Translations under genes and position numbers: made by a program
Notes under the pieces: generated by a model
What the model was told of the DNA's origin: nothing
What the model saw: the letters and a program-made list of their open reading frames with translations, nothing else
Database searches by the model: none
Source of the DNA: an uncultured Alphaproteobacteria bacterium
Lineage (GTDB): Bacteria; Pseudomonadota; Alphaproteobacteria; Rhizobiales; Hyphomicrobiaceae
Reading direction: 5' to 3'
Assembly: GCA_963840445.1 (NCBI GenBank)
Contig: CAWIZC010000011.1
Location: 82,841 to 146,840, forward strand
Length of the DNA: 64,000 nt
Shown: positions 63,399 to 64,000 of the stretch, piece after piece
How the letters are laid out: every line of letters starts with the position of its first letter
Position numbering within the stretch: the first letter of the stretch is position 1

Positions 63399-64000
63399 GC
63401 GGCCCCTCCAAGAGGCTGAGCGCCTGCCTCGACCCAGGCGCCATTGCGACGGCTCAATTCGACGCAGGCCTCGATGAAGGTCATGCCGAGCACACCGTCG
63501 CGGACGGACGCAAAGCTGTTGGCCAGCGGGTCAGGTGGACGCCCCGCCTTCGCCGCCAGCAGGACCTCGGCAAAGTCGCGATAGACGTTGGCGAAAGCTG
63601 ACACGTAGCCTTCGGGCTGGCCGCGATTGGTGCGAACGCTTCGCTTTGCCTGGTCACTCAGCCACGCGTCGCCGCGCCGCAGGATCTGGTTGGGCTGCTG
63701 CTCAGAATTGAGATACAGCTCGTTGGGGTGCTCCTGGTGCCATTCCAAACTCGCCTTGTCACCGAACACGCGGATGCGCAGGCCCTGTCCAACGCCGCAG
63801 GCAACCATGCTCGCCCACAGCTGGCCCTTGGCGCCACCCGCGAAGCGAAGATTGACGTTGGCGTTGTCGTCGGCCTTGCGGCCGGGCACCATGGTGCTGA
63901 GCTCGGCCGACACCGCCTCGAGCTCGAGCCCGGTCACCGTGCGCATCAGGTGATGAGCATGGCTGCCGATGTCGCCCAGCACCGTCGACGGTCCTCCGAT
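63395..64000 (-). CDS. Gfo/Idh/MocA family oxidoreductase, C-terminal part (gene continues beyond window end)
   Basis: …GGPSTVLGDIGSHAHHLM… C-terminal alpha/beta domain; 4-nt overlap (ATGA) with downstream oxidoreductase start suggests operon. Confidence 0.6.
   Translation of the reverse strand: MGGPSTVLGDIGSHAHHLMRTVTGLELEAVSAELSTMVPGRKADDNANVNLRFAGGAKGQLWASMVACGVGQGLRIRVFGDKASLEWHQEHPNELYLNSEQQPNQILRRGDAWLSDQAKRSVRTNRGQPEGYVSAFANVYRDFAEVLLAAKAGRPPDPLANSFASVRDGVLGMTFIEACVELSRRNGAWVEAGAQPLGGAA

Overview
High-GC (~65%) chromosomal segment that looks alphaproteobacterial, probably Bradyrhizobiaceae/Nitrobacteraceae, judged from gene order and the intergenic repeat families. Most of it is core housekeeping: the pyruvate dehydrogenase operon (pdhA–cupin–pdhB–membrane ORF–GFA–pdhC) followed by two lipoprotein genes and lpdA; scattered PHB metabolism genes (phaZ, phaR, phaA, phaB, phasin); purB, ispA, ispG, panC, parE, clpS–clpA, zur–znuCB, mtgA, rpmF, a biotin carboxylase and others. 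The strongest accessory signal is at 60481–62371: a single gene encoding a retron-type reverse transcriptase (NAxxH, YADD and VTG motifs) fused to a C-terminal TIR domain, preceded by a 245-nt non-coding leader with inverted repeats that could be an msr/msd. It sits between a thiolase gene and an oxidoreductase pair. Other accessory signals are a ~1.9-kb AT-richer insertion carrying a JmjC/cupin-4 gene, flanked by 93-bp direct repeats that duplicate the panC 3' end; a tRNA-like remnant with a broken acceptor stem at 30920–30991; two interspersed palindromic repeat families; and a low-GC orphan ORF. At least eight genes, including essential ones (purB, ispA, ispG, clpA), carry 1-nt frameshifts or an in-frame stop. 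The most likely explanation is indel sequencing error, but this should be checked. No CRISPR array, transposase or integrase was seen.
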